NCBI GenBank assembly: GCA_009602725.1
Contig: WELB01000026.1
Span: forward strand, 619,580-683,579
Direction of reading: 5' to 3'
Length of the DNA: 64,000 nt
From: Spirogloea muscicola
Lineage: Eukaryota
Below are positions 26,733-41,044 of the stretch, one piece after another (position 1 is the first letter of the stretch; each line of letters starts with the position of its first letter). The notes beneath the pieces are model-generated. The model was not told the DNA's origin. It searched no databases and saw nothing but the letters and a program-made list of their open reading frames with translations. The translations under genes and the position numbers were made by a program.

Positions 26733-28659
26733 CTAATGGGCTAAGGTCCCATTTGTCACCGGTGTGATGCCCTCAACTGCAGTAAGGAGCCGCTTGATAA
26801 TCCGCTGCAGTGCAGCAGCACTAGGGGTCGACATCCCCAGCCCCTCCGCACTGACCGCGAAGCAGGGGCGGCCCTCCTCGGCGGCGCGGCTTAGCGCAGG
26901 GTCCAGTGGCACTCGACCGAGAAACGGAACGCACATGCGCCGGGCCATGGCCTCTGCGCCGCCAGCGGCTGCATAGAACACCTCTGTGGTCGCCGTTACG
27001 CCTGCCAGGAGGTGTGGTGCCACCTGTACACACCGTAGCGAGGAAAGGGGGGGCAAGGCACATGAGCGATGCCACTCACTATCTAAAGACTTAAACATTG
27101 GTGCAACACCAAGATACAGTATATAGACGGCTACATTGGCCTGGCATGAAGCTCAAGCGGTGCACCTTCTGAAGCTCGGTGAGCACACGCTCGGTGATAT
27201 CGGCACCCTCCTCGCCATCGAGGCGGTGCTCGCGGAAGGTGAAGGCGGAAAGTGGCATTTCCAGGCCAGCCATATTCTCCACCACGCCCAGCACAGGGAT
27301 GCCGACCTTTTTACAGAAATTGATCTCCTTGCGGACATCAATGAGTGCTACCTCCTGAGGTGTGGTGACAATGATGGCGCCGTCCACGCCGGTGGCCTTG
27401 AGGTACTGTGCAATGGAGATGTGCTCGTCTGACGTCCCAGGTGGTGCATCAACAACCAGGTAGTCCAGCTCGCCCCAGTCAACGTCCTTCAGAAACTGAG
27501 AACGAGAGAAGCGAGTGGCCAACACCAAATAATACATGAAGAGTAGCCAACTCCATTTAGCTATTAGGTGCAGACTGCCCACATCATTGACATAGATTTG
27601 ATACGAATAGAAAATCATTCCGCGATGGACTATCCAGAAGTTCAGCTATATGTCAGTGCTGGCTGGCAGCCACAACGATGTGAGGGCTGGCGGAACACTG
27701 GCCATTGCCTGGGCAGCAGGACCGACCTGCTTGATGAGGCCGTTCTTGCGAGGCCCCCGCCAAACGACGGCCTCGTCTGGGTCGGGCAGCATGAAACCTA
27801 TGGACATGACGCCAAGGTTGTCATCGACAAACACGGGCGACCAGCCCGCAGCACTTTGGTGGATTTCCTCGCCTTCCAGCCCAAGCATGCGCGGCACGCT
27901 CGGCCCGCAGATGTCGATGTCCAGCAGTCCGACCTACGCAAACACAGGAGGTAAACGCCACCGTGTGGGCTCAACCTCGATGCTTACAAGGTGGCCAATG
28001 AGAAGGTAACGTGGCAGCGGCGGCGTGGTATGCGGGTTCTCACCTGCTTGTCGCGGGCGGCCAGCGCGAAGGACAGCTGCGCCGCGAAGGTGCTCTTGCC
28101 GACGCCGCCCTTGCCCGACAGCACCAGCAGCTTGTGCCGCACCGCAGCCATGCGGTCCGCGATCGCCTGCAGGTCTGCAGGCAATCGTTGCCGGCAACGC
28201 AGAGGCAGAAGCGTCAGCTGCGCGTCGGCTGCGGAGCGACCGCCCACCACGCCCGGCGGCGCCGAAGGCGCCGCCCGAAAGCCAGGGAGGAGAGATGGGC
28301 CGGCCGCAGGAATCGAGGGCGCGTGGCCAAAGAGGAATTGCAGCTGCTGATATTTAATAAGAGCGGCTGTAAACGCCAGCCAGGTGCATACAGTCTTCTT
28401 TTGGCTTAGCTTGGTCGTTGGCATGCTAATGATTTAGCTAATGGTTCAGCAATCAAGACAATGGCTATGTTAGCGGAGCAACGGGCTAAGGCAGACGGGG
28501 CGCTGTTAGTACTCCCAGCGTCAGTAACGGGAAGCCAATGGCAATGGGAAGGAGGGGTGGCGGCGCGCGCCTGGGTCGGGCCCCTTGGGCGCGGTGGCGC
28601 AGGCCTCCTGGTTGGGGCAGCCCGCGCAGGCGGCCGCGCGCCCCGCCTCCTCCGCCGCC
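26733..28659 (-). CDS. NBP35: Cytosolic Fe-S cluster assembly P-loop NTPase NBP35; 5' end in the gap
   Basis: [12 protein letters not shown]...[97 protein letters not shown]. Confidence 0.96.
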
Positions 28660-29329
28660 NNNNNNNNNNNNNNNNNNNNNNNNNNNNNNNNNNNNNNNNN
28701 NNNNNNNNNNNNNNNNNNNNNNNNNNNNNNNNNNNNNNNNNNNNNNNNNNNNNNNNNNNNNNNNNNNNNNNNNNNNNNNNNNNNNNNNNNNNNNNNNNNN
28801 NNNNNNNNNNNNNNNNNNNNNNNNNNNNNNNNNNNNNNNNNNNNNNNNNNNNNNNNNNNNNNNNNNNNNNNNNNNNNNNNNNNNNNNNNNNNNNNNNNNN
28901 NNNNNNNNNNNNNNNNNNNNNNNNNNNNNNNNNNNNNNNNNNNNNNNNNNNNNNNNNNNNNNNNNNNNNNNNNNNNNNNNNNNNNNNNNNNNNNNNNNNN
29001 NNNNNNNNNNNNNNNNNNNNNNNNNNNNNNNNNNNNNNNNNNNNNNNNNNNNNNNNNNNNNNNNNNNNNNNNNNNNNNNNNNNNNNNNNNNNNNNNNNNN
29101 NNNNNNNNNNNNNNNNNNNNNNNNNNNNNNNNNNNNNNNNNNNNNNNNNNNNNNNNNNNNNNNNNNNNNNNNNNNNNNNNNNNNNNNNNNNNNNNNNNNN
29201 NNNNNNNNNNNNNNNNNNNNNNNNNNNNNNNNNNNNNNNNNNNNNNNNNNNNNNNNNNNNNNNNNNNNNNNNNNNNNNNNNNNNNNNNNNNNNNNNNNNG
29301 GGGGCGGGGGAGGGAGGGAGGGGGCAGCC

Positions 29330-30795
29330 ATGGGGAAGAACCAGCAGTACAAGCAGGCGCAGCGGGCGAAGATGGCGGCGCACTCTGCCGGCACGGCGCC
29401 CGGCGAGGAGGAGGTCAACGACGGATTTGTACGCCCGCCACGCAACCCGGCCGCCGCACCTTAGCTAGCCCTGCGCCCGCGCCGGCGCGTCTGTGGGCGC
29501 CCACGTTCCGTCGGAAGCTCTCGCCTGCTCGCCGCTCGCGACTCGGCAATGGCATCGTCCTGCTCGCGGCGGCAATGCCGCCACCGCCCACGTCGTCATG
29601 TCCGCCGCTGAGGCCGCCTTCCGTCATGGGTCGTGCTCGTCGTCGCCGGGCCAGTGCCGCCGTCGTCGTCGTCGCGCCGCTGTTGTCGTCGTGTCGTCGT
29701 CGACGTGGGGCCGCACACTGACCAGAGGCTGTGGCAGACGGACGGATCGTTCCATTCACCAGAGTGGCATGCGGCGCGCCTCGCCTCGCTTCAGACCTCC
29801 TCCACGCTCACGTGGGAGGAGTGGAAGGCCAAGCAGAAGGTGGGCCGCCTGCCGCCCCGCCGCCGCCGCCGCTGTGCTGCTGCATCACTCTGGGTCATCT
29901 GTTTAGCAATTGTTGGTCGATGCTGCTCGCCACCTTAGTCGTTCAGCAGACGACAATTGCCGATGCAAGACAAACTGCTGAAGACGTTCAGCGGGCTGAT
30001 GCTCTTCTGTGCAGGAGGAGGCCAAGCGGAACGAGGACCTGGCTGGCGAGGAGTCGGCGCGGATGAGGGAGTACCGCATGCAGCTGGATGCGGAGCGGCA
30101 GGCCAAGCTGGCGCGTGGCCGCAACCACGCTGACAAGCGCCCCAAGCTCGCCGACAAGAAGGACCGCAGCGACAGCAAGCGCGACCGCTCCAAGAAGAGT
30201 GAGTGCCCCAAGCAGCGTATATGTGATTGACACGCTGGTCATCGCATCATCTACTGATGGGATCGAGCAATTCATTCGCCCCTGCCGCAGTTCTGATGCT
30301 GGTGTCTTGGCTTGGGGCGCAGAGAAAAAGGACAAAAGCCGGGAGCTTCGTAAGGGCGACAAAGGGCGCAAGGTGCGGGAGCAGAGCTGCGGCTACTAGC
30401 GTGCATGTGCCTGCGCTCGACAATGCTTCCTGCCAATGCTGCCGCAGGCCGCCGCCAGTCCAGGCCATCGATGCCGCTCTTTGGATGCCTCACCTATGCT
30501 TTGGTGCTGCCTTTGGCAGCAGAGGAAGGACCGGCAGCGGTCGGAGTCTGGCTCCGAGTCCGAGACTGACGAGTCCGAGAGCGACGAGCGGAAGCGCAAG
30601 GAGAAGCGACGAGCCCGGAGAGACAAGGATCAGGGGCGCAAGCGGCGCAAGCAGCAGGCCTCTCCCGGCAGCAGTAGCACCAGCAGCATCGGTCGTGACG
30701 GCGGCGGCGATGATGTTGGTCGCCGGAAGGAAAACGGAGACAAGAAGGGGGCCTTTCGGTTGTCCTCCTTTTTTGACGCGCACAGGGACAACTAG
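29330..30795 (+). CDS. Conserved plant Lys/Ser-rich nuclear protein (FAM133-like), about 5 exons
   Basis: MGKNQQYKQAQRAK...|DGSFHSPEWHAARLASL...TWEEWKAKQK|EE...MREYRMQLDAER..KLARGRNH...FRLSSFF. Confidence 0.8.
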
Positions 30796-31772
30796 GAGGG
30801 CCACCATTCCGGCAGTCTTTCTCGCAAGCTGGCCTTGCCTTTGCACACTAGCTGATGTACTCTGCCTCATAGCAAGTGCTTCATTATGGACCTCAAGTAC
30901 TTGCCTGATAGATATGCCAATATAGTAGAGGTTGCCTGCTGTCATCTGTCCAACTGTAATTTGGCCAAGCTGATCTTGATGGAAGTTTCTTAAGGGCTTC
31001 TTGCCAGTCATTGTGCAGGGTGCCCATTTGCTAAGCAAAAGCATTGAATCAATACATTAATTTGTCTGGATTTGGTGTTTAGGCCATGGTGTAAGCAGCC
31101 ACCTGCTACTTTGAAGCTATCATGACGGCTGTTTAGGCTTGGACGCACTCTCGACTGCACAAGCTGATAGACACCCACCACAATGGCCAACACCAGCAAG
31201 GCTCTTGGCTCAACCTGGAGGATACAACCTAATTAAGGGCAGCTAGGTGCATGCACGCAATCAGCAAGTGGCCATGTTTGTCAGCCTAAGGCCTCTGTGC
31301 GCTTGCAAAAAAATTCGCCAACACAAGAATCATACGATCAAGAATAGCTGTGACATGTCAATAGTCTGCCAATTTGCAAAACTCACTCCTGCAAGAGCAA
31401 CATCAAGTGTTCCACTCTACAGTCCACAGTGCCTGAAGAAACCACAAGGGCAGGCCTTCTGAAGGCAGACCTGTCCCTCTGGAGCCTCTGCAAAGCTCAC
31501 ACAAACCAGTGGTCCAGGTACCTAGAGCTTCTAAAGCAACCACAACAACAATTACCTCCTGCATGTTGCAGCTGGGAGAATTCTTAAAAGTTGTGAGAAT
31601 GCTCTGGCTCAGACTCCTAGCTGCTGTAAGGAGGCCCCAGCTCTACCTCCACGATCTTCAAATACAAGCTACATCGCCATTAATACTAGGCGGCTTCAAA
31701 ATTGATCAGCTTTATCACATCCGCAGCAATGAGATACATTAGCCCAGTAGACCTAAGCACACTCTGCTCCAA

Positions 31773-34650
31773 TCACTCCTCAACTTCCTTGATTGCACCC
31801 TGCACAGGTCACGGTCAAAGCAAATCCTCAGTGACAAGTAGAGCTATTGGCAGAGAAATAAGCTGGAGATAAAAGTGTGCTGTGCTAACATTGTGCAAGT
31901 GCTCTCTAAATCAGATTATTTGAAGAGCATGTTGACACTGTACGCATGATTGAGTGTTCTGTACTCGCATGCTGTGCAGTAATCGACCACAGTGCACTGT
32001 GTTGTGTGGGAAACAGCCTCACAAACCTTGGCAACATTGGTCACATACAAAGCAGCTGCAATGGTGCAGAGCAACCCCAGGCCCAGAGTCCAGAGCTCGG
32101 GTCCACCAGAAAAAGGAGAGCCCTCATCCTGCTGCTGTTAGTGCACAGGCAAGTGGCGCGTCTCAGCCTTGGCACCAGGAAGGGTGCCAAACCACTGCAG
32201 ACATGCGCAGCAGGAAAGCCAGCTCCTTTGCAGTGGCAGCAACTCACAATGACTTTCTTGCCAAAAGCGCCAGCGCTGACGTATGCCCACGTGCCGGGGA
32301 GCATGCCCAGCCAGCTGCAACAAGGCCACCACTCATAAATCCATGAGACATCCCCTGGCTACTAGCCAGTAGATACTCAACCAGCACACAGCACCGCCCT
32401 TGATCAAATGCAATTCAAGGACATGTGATGGATCTATTTGAGCATGTTAGCAGGTAAATTTTCTTGACAGTGGCCATCCGTTGCACGCTCTTCTGTGGCA
32501 TCAAAAAAGCTGGGTTCTGCTAGCAGATTGGCTATCACCTCCTTCCAAAATTCCCAATCGACTCACCTCAATGACAGCACAGAGGCAAGCAACAAAGTCA
32601 AGACTGAAACACTAGACCACCTCACCTGCCGGCAATGTATGGAAGGAGCTCCACTGATGTAAGCCCGTAGATGTAGTTGCCGAGGGAGAAGGGCAGCAGC
32701 GGGCTAAGGCGCAGCAGGACAACAACCCGGAAGCTGTCTTTGCCGATAGCCTTGTCTATCGCCAGGAACTTCTTATTGCCCTTGGCCAGCTTCATGATGC
32801 GATCCCGGGCAACATACCGGGCAATGAGGAAGGCGCCTGTTGCCGCCAACTAAGCACAAAGAGATCAAAACAGTCAGTGATGAGGTGATTGTGGTCGACG
32901 TACTCAGAAGCAATGCGCAAATATTGTCAAGGATTTCTTGATTCATGCTTTATTCCGAGTGTCTAAGGTCAACCCTGGACTGCAGCTTGCTTGCCCGCTG
33001 ACTAAGTCGTGCACAGCATGACTGCTCTGATTCATTGCTTGGTCAGGCTGCTCAGGTGACGCCCCTTACAGTGACACAATAGTGAACTTTAATCCTAAGA
33101 CAATTTTACTTGAGTAATAAGGATCAAAGTAATGTTACTGATCCAGGCGGAGGCTGCTTCACAGAGAAGAACTTACTGTGCCTGAGATGCTGACAAGGAT
33201 AGTGCCCGTGAGCGTGCCAAACAAGAGACCAGCTGACATTGTCAAGGGAATTGCAGGAATCGCCAAAATCTGGAGGTAGAAGAAGTCAGCACACTCAGCT
33301 CCAGGTCCTTCCTCAACGACAGAGTGCATCTAAGTGTTCAGCAAGCCTAGCTCCAATTATTCGGCATGCCTCGTTGCCCTCCTCAACCTTGGGTTTGGCC
33401 TTGGCTTCTGCGTTGAACCTAGAAAAGCTGCCAATCTTCACAGTGCCGTCCTTAGTCAGCATCAAAGGGAGCACCAAAGCAAGAAAGGCTGGAGTGATGA
33501 CCTCACCTCAAGTACTGCATATCCAATGACAAAGACAACGTAACCAAGGGGACCAGCACCTACAATTCCAAGCCAGCAAGGTGTCATGAGTGCCGAAGCA
33601 GCCGGAACAGCTTGCATGAATTCTGTAGGCTATATTTCTACTATTGGCTGCCTCAGCATGTATTTTCTCGTTTGCAGCAGAAGCACACAAAGGCCATGGT
33701 TTCCCAACAGGCTGCCTCAACACAGGTCATCTCATCTGCATAAATGTCTGATTGAACCAAAGACTAGAGAGAGCGAGCAGCAGCTGGCTGGCACTGCAAA
33801 CGTGTCATCTGGAACGGTGCAGCAGGTGGCCTCACTCTCTATATACTCCTCAAAGTACTCCAGTAGGCCATTGATCTCGTCCTTGTACACGGTGCCTAGG
33901 ACGCCAATGCCGGCCACGAACGCCAGCACTGTTGCAGCTGCGAGGAGCGACCCTCCAACCGCAGCGCTTCCAGCACTGATCTCCCCAGTGTTATCCCCGC
34001 CACTGTTCTCGCTGTCGTTGTCACCGCCACTCGCTGGCGGGGCCTCGGTGGTATCTGCACCCAGCAAGAGACATGAAGCACCATGCTGTGACGCCATGCC
34101 TCCTTGATGACAGCCCACAAGCAAGCTCTACTTCCAGCTGTGATGCTGCACTTGGCAAGTCTGTAACCCTAGCTACAGCCGGCTGCTCATCTATCGCAAT
34201 GCAGGGGCGCTGAATTGCCAGCACCGGCGCCAAGCCTGCCGGCCGTCAGAGCTGATCGCACGCTGCCATGAAGCCACGCGGATAAGAGACCTCCACAGTG
34301 TGCTACTGTGCAGTCTGAGAGGATGGAGGTTCGAGCGGGTGATGTGACAGCAAGCGCAATGCGCGGCAGCTCCCCCAGCTGAGCAACAAGGGGAGGCGGC
34401 AGCCAGACGGACCTCCCAGATGGCTGCCGTTGCTGGACGACAGGCTGCGGGCGCCGTCCTCGACGTGATGGTGGCCGCCGCCCGCCTTCTGCGAGCCCGG
34501 GCCCTTCTCCAGCGTCTCCCGCGGCGACGGCTGCGCCTCCTGCCGGATCCGCGCGGAGCTGGCGACGGCGCGCAACCTTCTCCTCGGTAGCGGCGCAGCG
34601 CCGGGCCGCCTGGACGTGCACCGCGCCGCCGCCGCAGCGCCGGGATCGGA
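31773..34650 (-). CDS. TVP38/TMEM64 (VTT/DedA, SNARE-associated) membrane protein, probably plastid type; 5' end in the gap
   Basis: YKDEINGLL; GYAVLE|ILAIPAIPLTMSAGLLFG; AFLIARY; IDKAIGKDSFRVVVLLRLSPLLPFSLGNYIYGLT; WLGMLPGTWAYVSAG; ends GAIKEVEE*. Confidence 0.93.
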
Positions 34651-34704
34651 NNNNNNNNNNNNNNNNNNNNNNNNNNNNNNNNNNNNNNNNNNNNNNNNNN
34701 NNNN

Positions 34705-34814
<110 letters not shown>

Positions 34815-37800
34815 GNNNNNNNNNNNNNNNNNNNNNNNNNNNNNNNNNNNNNNNNNNNNNNNNNNNNNNNNNNNNNNNNNNNNNNNNNNNNNNNNNNNNN
34901 NNNNNNNNNNNNNNNNNNNNNNNNNNNNNNNNNNNNNNNNNNNNNNNNNNNNNNNNNNNNNNNNNNNNNNNNNNNNNNNNNNNNNNNNNNNNNNNNNNNN
35001 NNNNNNNNNNNNNNNNNNNNNNNNNNNNNNNNNNNNNNNNNNNNNNNNNNNNNNNNNNNNNNNNNNNNNNNNNNNNNNNNNNNNNNNNNNNNNNNNNNNN
35101 NNNNNNNNNNNNNNNNNNNNNNNNNNNNNNNNNNNNNNNNNNNNNNNNNNNNNNNNNNNNNNNNNNNNNNNNNNNNNNNNNNNNNNNNNNNNNNNNNNNN
35201 NNNNNNNNNNNNNNNNNNNNNNNNNNNNNNNNNNNNNNNNNNNNNNNNNNNNNNNNNNNNNNNNNNNNNNNNNNNNNNNNNNNNNNNNNNNNNNNNNNNN
35301 NNNNNNNNNNNNNNNNNNNNNNNNNNNNNNNNNNNNNNNNNNNNNNNNNNNNNNNNNNNNNNNNNNNNNNNNNNNNNNNNNNNNNNNNNNNNNNNNNNNN
35401 NNNNNNNNNNNNNNNNNNNNNNNNNNNNNNNNNNNNNNNNNNNNNNNNNNNNNNNNNNNNNNNNNNNNNNNNNNNNNNNNNNNNNNNNNNNNNNNNNNNN
35501 NNNNNNNNNNNNNNNNNNNNNNNNNNNNNNNNNNNNNNNNNNNNNNNNNNNNNNNNNNNNNNNNNNNNNNNNNNNNNNNNNNNNNNNNNNNNNNNNNNNN
35601 NNNNNNNNNNNNNNNNNNNNNNNNNNNNNNNNNNNNNNNNNNNNNNNNNNNNNNNNNNNNNNNNNNNNNNNNNNNNNNNNNNNNNNNNNNNNNNNNNNNN
35701 NNNNNNNNNNNNNNCCCCCCCCCCCTCCCCCTACCCCGGCCCCGCACGAGAAGGGCCAGCTGGCATCAACCCCCCCCCTCCAATACACCACATTTCAGAT
35801 ACGCATCCGCAAGTGTACGCGGCCTCGGCCTCCGTGGCAATTCCTTGACCCGGCGGTCAATGAGATTCTGGCCGACCGAATCGGTGTAACCCGGCCCTCA
35901 CTCGTGGGTACTGAGCTTCCATCTACATTGAATGAGCACCGCGCGCCTTCTCTCTCTCTTTCCGTCGCAGGCGGTGTGGAAATGGAAAGAAGCAGCTCTT
36001 ACACAACACGCCGATAGCCGTGCGAGGCCAGCTCAAGTTGGATTGCAGGGGAGCGACTCACGCAAAGTGAGTCCTTACTTTGGGCATGGCCTGTCACAGC
36101 CGGTGCCACTTGTGAGAGCTCCTCCTCTCTTCTCCTCCTCTCTTGGAATACACGAGAAAACCTTCCAAAAGGAGAGAGTAATCTCCTCCAAAGAAGGAAT
36201 AATGGAAGCAAAGACAAGCGCGCTTCTTGCCCAGGAGAGGAGAAGGCGCGTGTTTCGCATGGTTTAAAAGTAGGCCAAGCCGAGCCAATGCTGTGCACAT
36301 GCGAAGACAACCAGTAGGTTACACGATGCAAAGCCCAAAAGGAGGCGGTGACTGCGCAGGCCAGCACCAACAGAACGGACGAGGTTGGGGGGAGGCCCCA
36401 AAGTGTACTAACAGACCAATCAGAAAAATAAGTGGCTGCTATGGGTAGCCATTCAGCAGCCGCAAGTCAACAGTCTCAGTCAGAAAGAGGAGCAACAGGG
36501 AAGATGCGGACCCAGCTCCACCAGTCAGAGGTGACAGCCATGGCAAGACAACAAGCACGCAGATGCGCGGAATATGCCTAGACAGCTGCAGCAGAAAGGA
36601 GAGGCACATGCGATGCACGTGAGGCAGCGAACTTACAGCATAGACAATGTGGCGGCTGCTCAACCCCCTTGCCCCTGCCTTTGGGCCACCGCTGTTCACC
36701 AAGCGGCTGGAGGAAGTTGAGCAAGTGCCAGATTGTACGCAGATGTATATTGCCAAGTGCCGAGATTATTACCCACATATCGTAACATAAAACCTGGACA
36801 TTTGAGGAAGCTGCTGCCTCCGAGGCCGTTGAAGCACAGGGCTTTGGTCCATGCGAGCTACTACCTGATAGTTCGCCTTTAAACATTGTTCAAAGTGCCC
36901 CTTGGAGGTGAATGACAACAAGGCATTGACGTCTGTGCTCTGTAGGACATACTGTCTGCCTGCACTTCACCTCATGGCAGTAGATGCTATGTTGTATGAG
37001 TGAAAGGCCAAGCCACTGCCATGACTATGTAGTCGTCAGACAGAGCTTTTTGCAAGCGGTTGCGCGAAGAATCTGACAGTACTACTTGGGAGGGGCCAGT
37101 GCTGTTTGAGAGCACACACCTAAACATTTGGAACACAGTGCTGAAGATGCGATATCAGTCAGTGCCTTTTACACTGTCAGTAGCAGCAGGGGGTGGCCAA
37201 TCAGTTTCGCATCTTGATTGCCTTGGCCTCACAAGCAGCTATTCTGGGGCTTGTCAAGCGGCAGCACTTTGTGATACTTGTGCCGCAAAGGGGCTGCTTG
37301 CACGCCCTCCCTCTGAGCAACCGGTTGGAACTCAGACAGGCATGTGACCCGAAACAGCTCGTGATGGGACTTGCTGTGCAATGAGTATTATTCAAGCTGT
37401 TGACGTACTCGAATGGTCTACAAAAGCGGAGGACGTGAAGTCCAACATCATGGCGCTTCTAAGGGTCACATTGCAGCAGCTGCTCATTTCCAGGCTCGTC
37501 CATCCACGGTCCAAAACCTGCATATGTGCTTACGATCATGAAGGAAGACAATAACTGCGCCACCCTACTGCTTAAGTGACACGACATAAAAGTTGCGGCC
37601 ACGAGGAGCGAGAAATAGGTGGAATATGCAGAAGGGAGACAGCAGGCCAGACTAGCAGCTCGTAAACACACATCACAGGAAGGTCCCTGCATGCAGTTAT
37701 CGTGTTCTTTCCGTATGACAAAGTAAAGTCTCTTCGTACTTGCTAATCTTCAAGACTGCTAATCGCTCCCCCCCTTACACATCCTTTGCAAATGACAACG

Positions 37801-38291
37801 AAGGGAGCAATGTGAGATGGAGTATGACTGTACGTCAAAAGCAAAGAAAGGCGGGCTATCTAGAAGGTCAGAGACCACATTGTTATTTTAACTCTGGAAG
37901 CTGGTATACTTGTTGAAGGGTGTATAAGTCCTAAGCCTTTTCTGTGTATCAGCATGCGCAAGACAATGGCTGCGCAAGCTGGGACGAGAGCCGCTGAAGA
38001 CGTCAGGGCAGCAGCAACTAATTCAAGGGGAAGAGGCCTGAGCTTGTTACGGGTCAGGAAGGCTGCAGGAGCCCGCAACGTCAGCTCTTCTAAGATCCTC
38101 ATTTCCTCCATCAAGAAGGTGCACAAGCTAGCAGTGGACCTTCCACGCCTACACACAAGGCGCACCCACGGCTCCTTCAGAATGAAGTACAGGGGCTTGG
38201 CAACCAAGAGCGTTGCAAAGTAAAGGAAGGCGCTGCCTGGCGTTCGCGAGCAGGCTCGCCACAGGTCTGGCAATCATCAATACCCCAGCCG

Positions 38292-41044
38292 TCAAACCCG
38301 TAGAGAGCGGCGGTGTCGGAGGCGGTACTTGTGTCCCCGGGCAATGTGTGCTCGCCGCTTGACCCTCCATGCTCGTAATCGGACCGCAGCCTGGCGCTGG
38401 CGGTCATTGAACCTCCTCACCATGACCGCATGAGCCTGCTGCCGCTGCATGTACTTGGTGACGGGCACTGGGGCGGGTGGCACTGCCACTGCTGGCGGCC
38501 CGTCCACGATGGCCGTAGTACTTGCCATGGGTGGCTGAATTTGGGGAGGCGGCAGTGAGGGGCTTGTGGGGCTCGGTACCAATACATCGCCATCACCCAA
38601 TAAAGGCGGCGGTGGCACGGCGAAGGGCGGCGGGGTGTAAGAAGCCAATGGGTATAGATCCGAGGCCGCCGGCGGCAGGCCCCCGAGCCATCCGTCCGCC
38701 CCAATGAAGGCGTATGTCAGGAACGGCGCGGCTTGGTCGTCGGTCAGGCTGTAGCTGAAGCTCGCCCGCTCCTTGACGGCCTGCTCGACTGTCGGGCCCC
38801 AGCAGTTGTACTGCACATGTATGTCAAGGACACGAGGGCACTGCATGAGCAGGCACATCACGCCAACCTTTGACAGACAGGAATTTGCCAATCATGTGAA
38901 CGAAGTACTGTAATCAGCTCAACAAGAGAACTCCTGCAGCATATGCCGAACAATGCATGTCAAGGATGAGGTGCTTATTGCTGGATTCCGGTTTTGTGTG
39001 GCTGAGCTCGGTAGCATCTGCTGTAAGCTCAGATAGCACATTGTCTTGTATTGACAAGCTCCTGTTAATACTACGGTCATTTCTGCAGGTATTGCAAATA
39101 TTGGGGGCAGGTAGAGATGCCTCACCACCCCGTAAAAGATGGCGGCGGTGTCGTCGCTGTACATCCATGACGACCACCCGCCAGGCTGCAGGATGGTATC
39201 GAAGAACGTGTAGGCGAAAACAACTCGGCTGGCGGCTCCCCATGCTCGGCCCAGATATACCTGGCGAGGCACTCATCAATTGTCTTATATCAGGATCCTC
39301 CAGTGCACTACAGGTATCTATAATTGAAAAGGATTGAGCAATGCTGCTGATGAAGTCGTGTTGCGGCATGTCCTGTCTTTGGTAGCTTGAGCAAAAGCTT
39401 GAGCCATACAGCTTGGAAGGCTCAAGTGTGCCCCACCTCATTGACCCCGGAGACATTGCAACGTAGAAACACAAAGCCAGTTGGCAGCGACGGGCTGTTC
39501 CGGTTCTGAGCAGTGATGGTTCCCCACCCTGTTCCCTTAGTCCTCAGTGTGCACTCCTGCCATCAAGATGGAGTAGCAGGGGTCTGGCCTCAATGATGAG
39601 GGCCAGTTTGTGTGGCAAGTTGCTCCAATCACAACAAGTGCAGCCCCCGCCACGTGACCATGAGAAATCTCTTTGTCCACCACTTTCTTGTCAAGTGTCG
39701 TACCTCGTATATTGATGTTCCATTGCCAAAGATGAAGTCCACCGAGCCCTCTATGTAGCAGTTGCGGAAGTAGTGTCGACCCTGCAATGTCCCAAGGTCC
39801 AAAGCAACAGTTCAGCAGGCAGCCATCACAAGATAATCCCTGTTCCCTCCTAACAACAATGCAACATGATGGTCACACTTTGAGAATGAGAGTCACCTGG
39901 TGATCACACAAGGTGTCCTGCCAGCTCACGAATGCGCAGTTGAAGAAGGCAGCGGCATCCCCGGTGACCCGCACGGCGCTCGCCTGGCCCAGCTTTGAAC
40001 CCCAAGATGGCTCTGGAGAATCATTCTGCGAGGCATCAAGGAAGGCAGTATAAGTTCCGAGCACACTGCAAGACCCCACTGCAGGCTTTGAGGGCGTGAA
40101 AGTGAATGATACAAGCCTATGGAAAGCAGACATGGGATCGTAGCCAAACGGACGGACCCAGTTGAAGTCGCACCAAACAATGGGCAATGGGTGTCTAAGC
40201 ACGAACCCTGATTACGAGGCCACTGGCGATGAAGTGGTCTGCGTCAACGCACAGCGTGCACGATAAGAACGTGGTGATTGGCTGCCCGTCCACGATCTCA
40301 CCCGCGTAGTCAGACCAGCTTATGATGGTTGAGCCCGCCCCCGACCCCTGCAGCGTCACATATGGGGCGCTCCACGGCACGACCACCTTCTCCCTGCAGC
40401 ACACGCCACAGTGGGAGCACAGGAAATCATGACTACTACTACTACTAGCTTCACTGACCACTCTATGAACTCAGGTCACTTAAAACAGCACCTTCACTGA
40501 AGCAGCGCACTCATTGTTTTGTGAAGAAGCATGAGATGCAGGAGAATGGAGAATGAGAATGGAGAATGAAGACCATTATTTGCCATGAAGGGCTGCATGT
40601 GTGCGGGAGCTTTTGTTCACATGCTTTTGATATTATTGTAGGAAGAGTAGGGAGGACGGCATGCACGACTTTGCAGACTGAGATGAGGAAGAGGGGAGCT
40701 GCAGCTAGAGGCCTGTGGTTAGCATCTCTCGAAGGCGCACAGGGACAGTAGTGCAGGGACAGTCCTGCTCACTTATATACGCCGGGCTTGACAGTGATCA
40801 CAACGCGCTCGACATTTTGGAACGGCACCTGTGCAAGCGCCTCGCTGATGGACGAGTACTGACCTGAACCGTCCTGTGCGACGACGTAGCTGCCTCAGAA
40901 ACATCATTGCTTGTCTTCAGGTCAGTAAGCGGTGGATCAGAAGAAACAACCCTACCGCCTTGGCAAAGAAAAACTGCCAATTTGTTTCATTGACTGCAAG
41001 GAGAGGACTAGCAGTAGATATATGCTACTTTTGGCAGGTGACAT
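38292..41044 (-). CDS. Pectin methylesterase (CE8), paralog 2, with Pro-rich and basic C-terminal extension; start uncertain (41044 or about 41773)
   Basis: [105 protein letters not shown]. Confidence 0.92.

Noticed and set aside
35850..38273. Short ORFs on both strands between TVP38 and PME2
   Set aside because: No recognisable motifs or coherent exon chain.
40431..40570. (ACT)n and GAGAAT repeats in a PME2 intron; (GA)n at 45422-45438
   Set aside because: Ordinary microsatellites.
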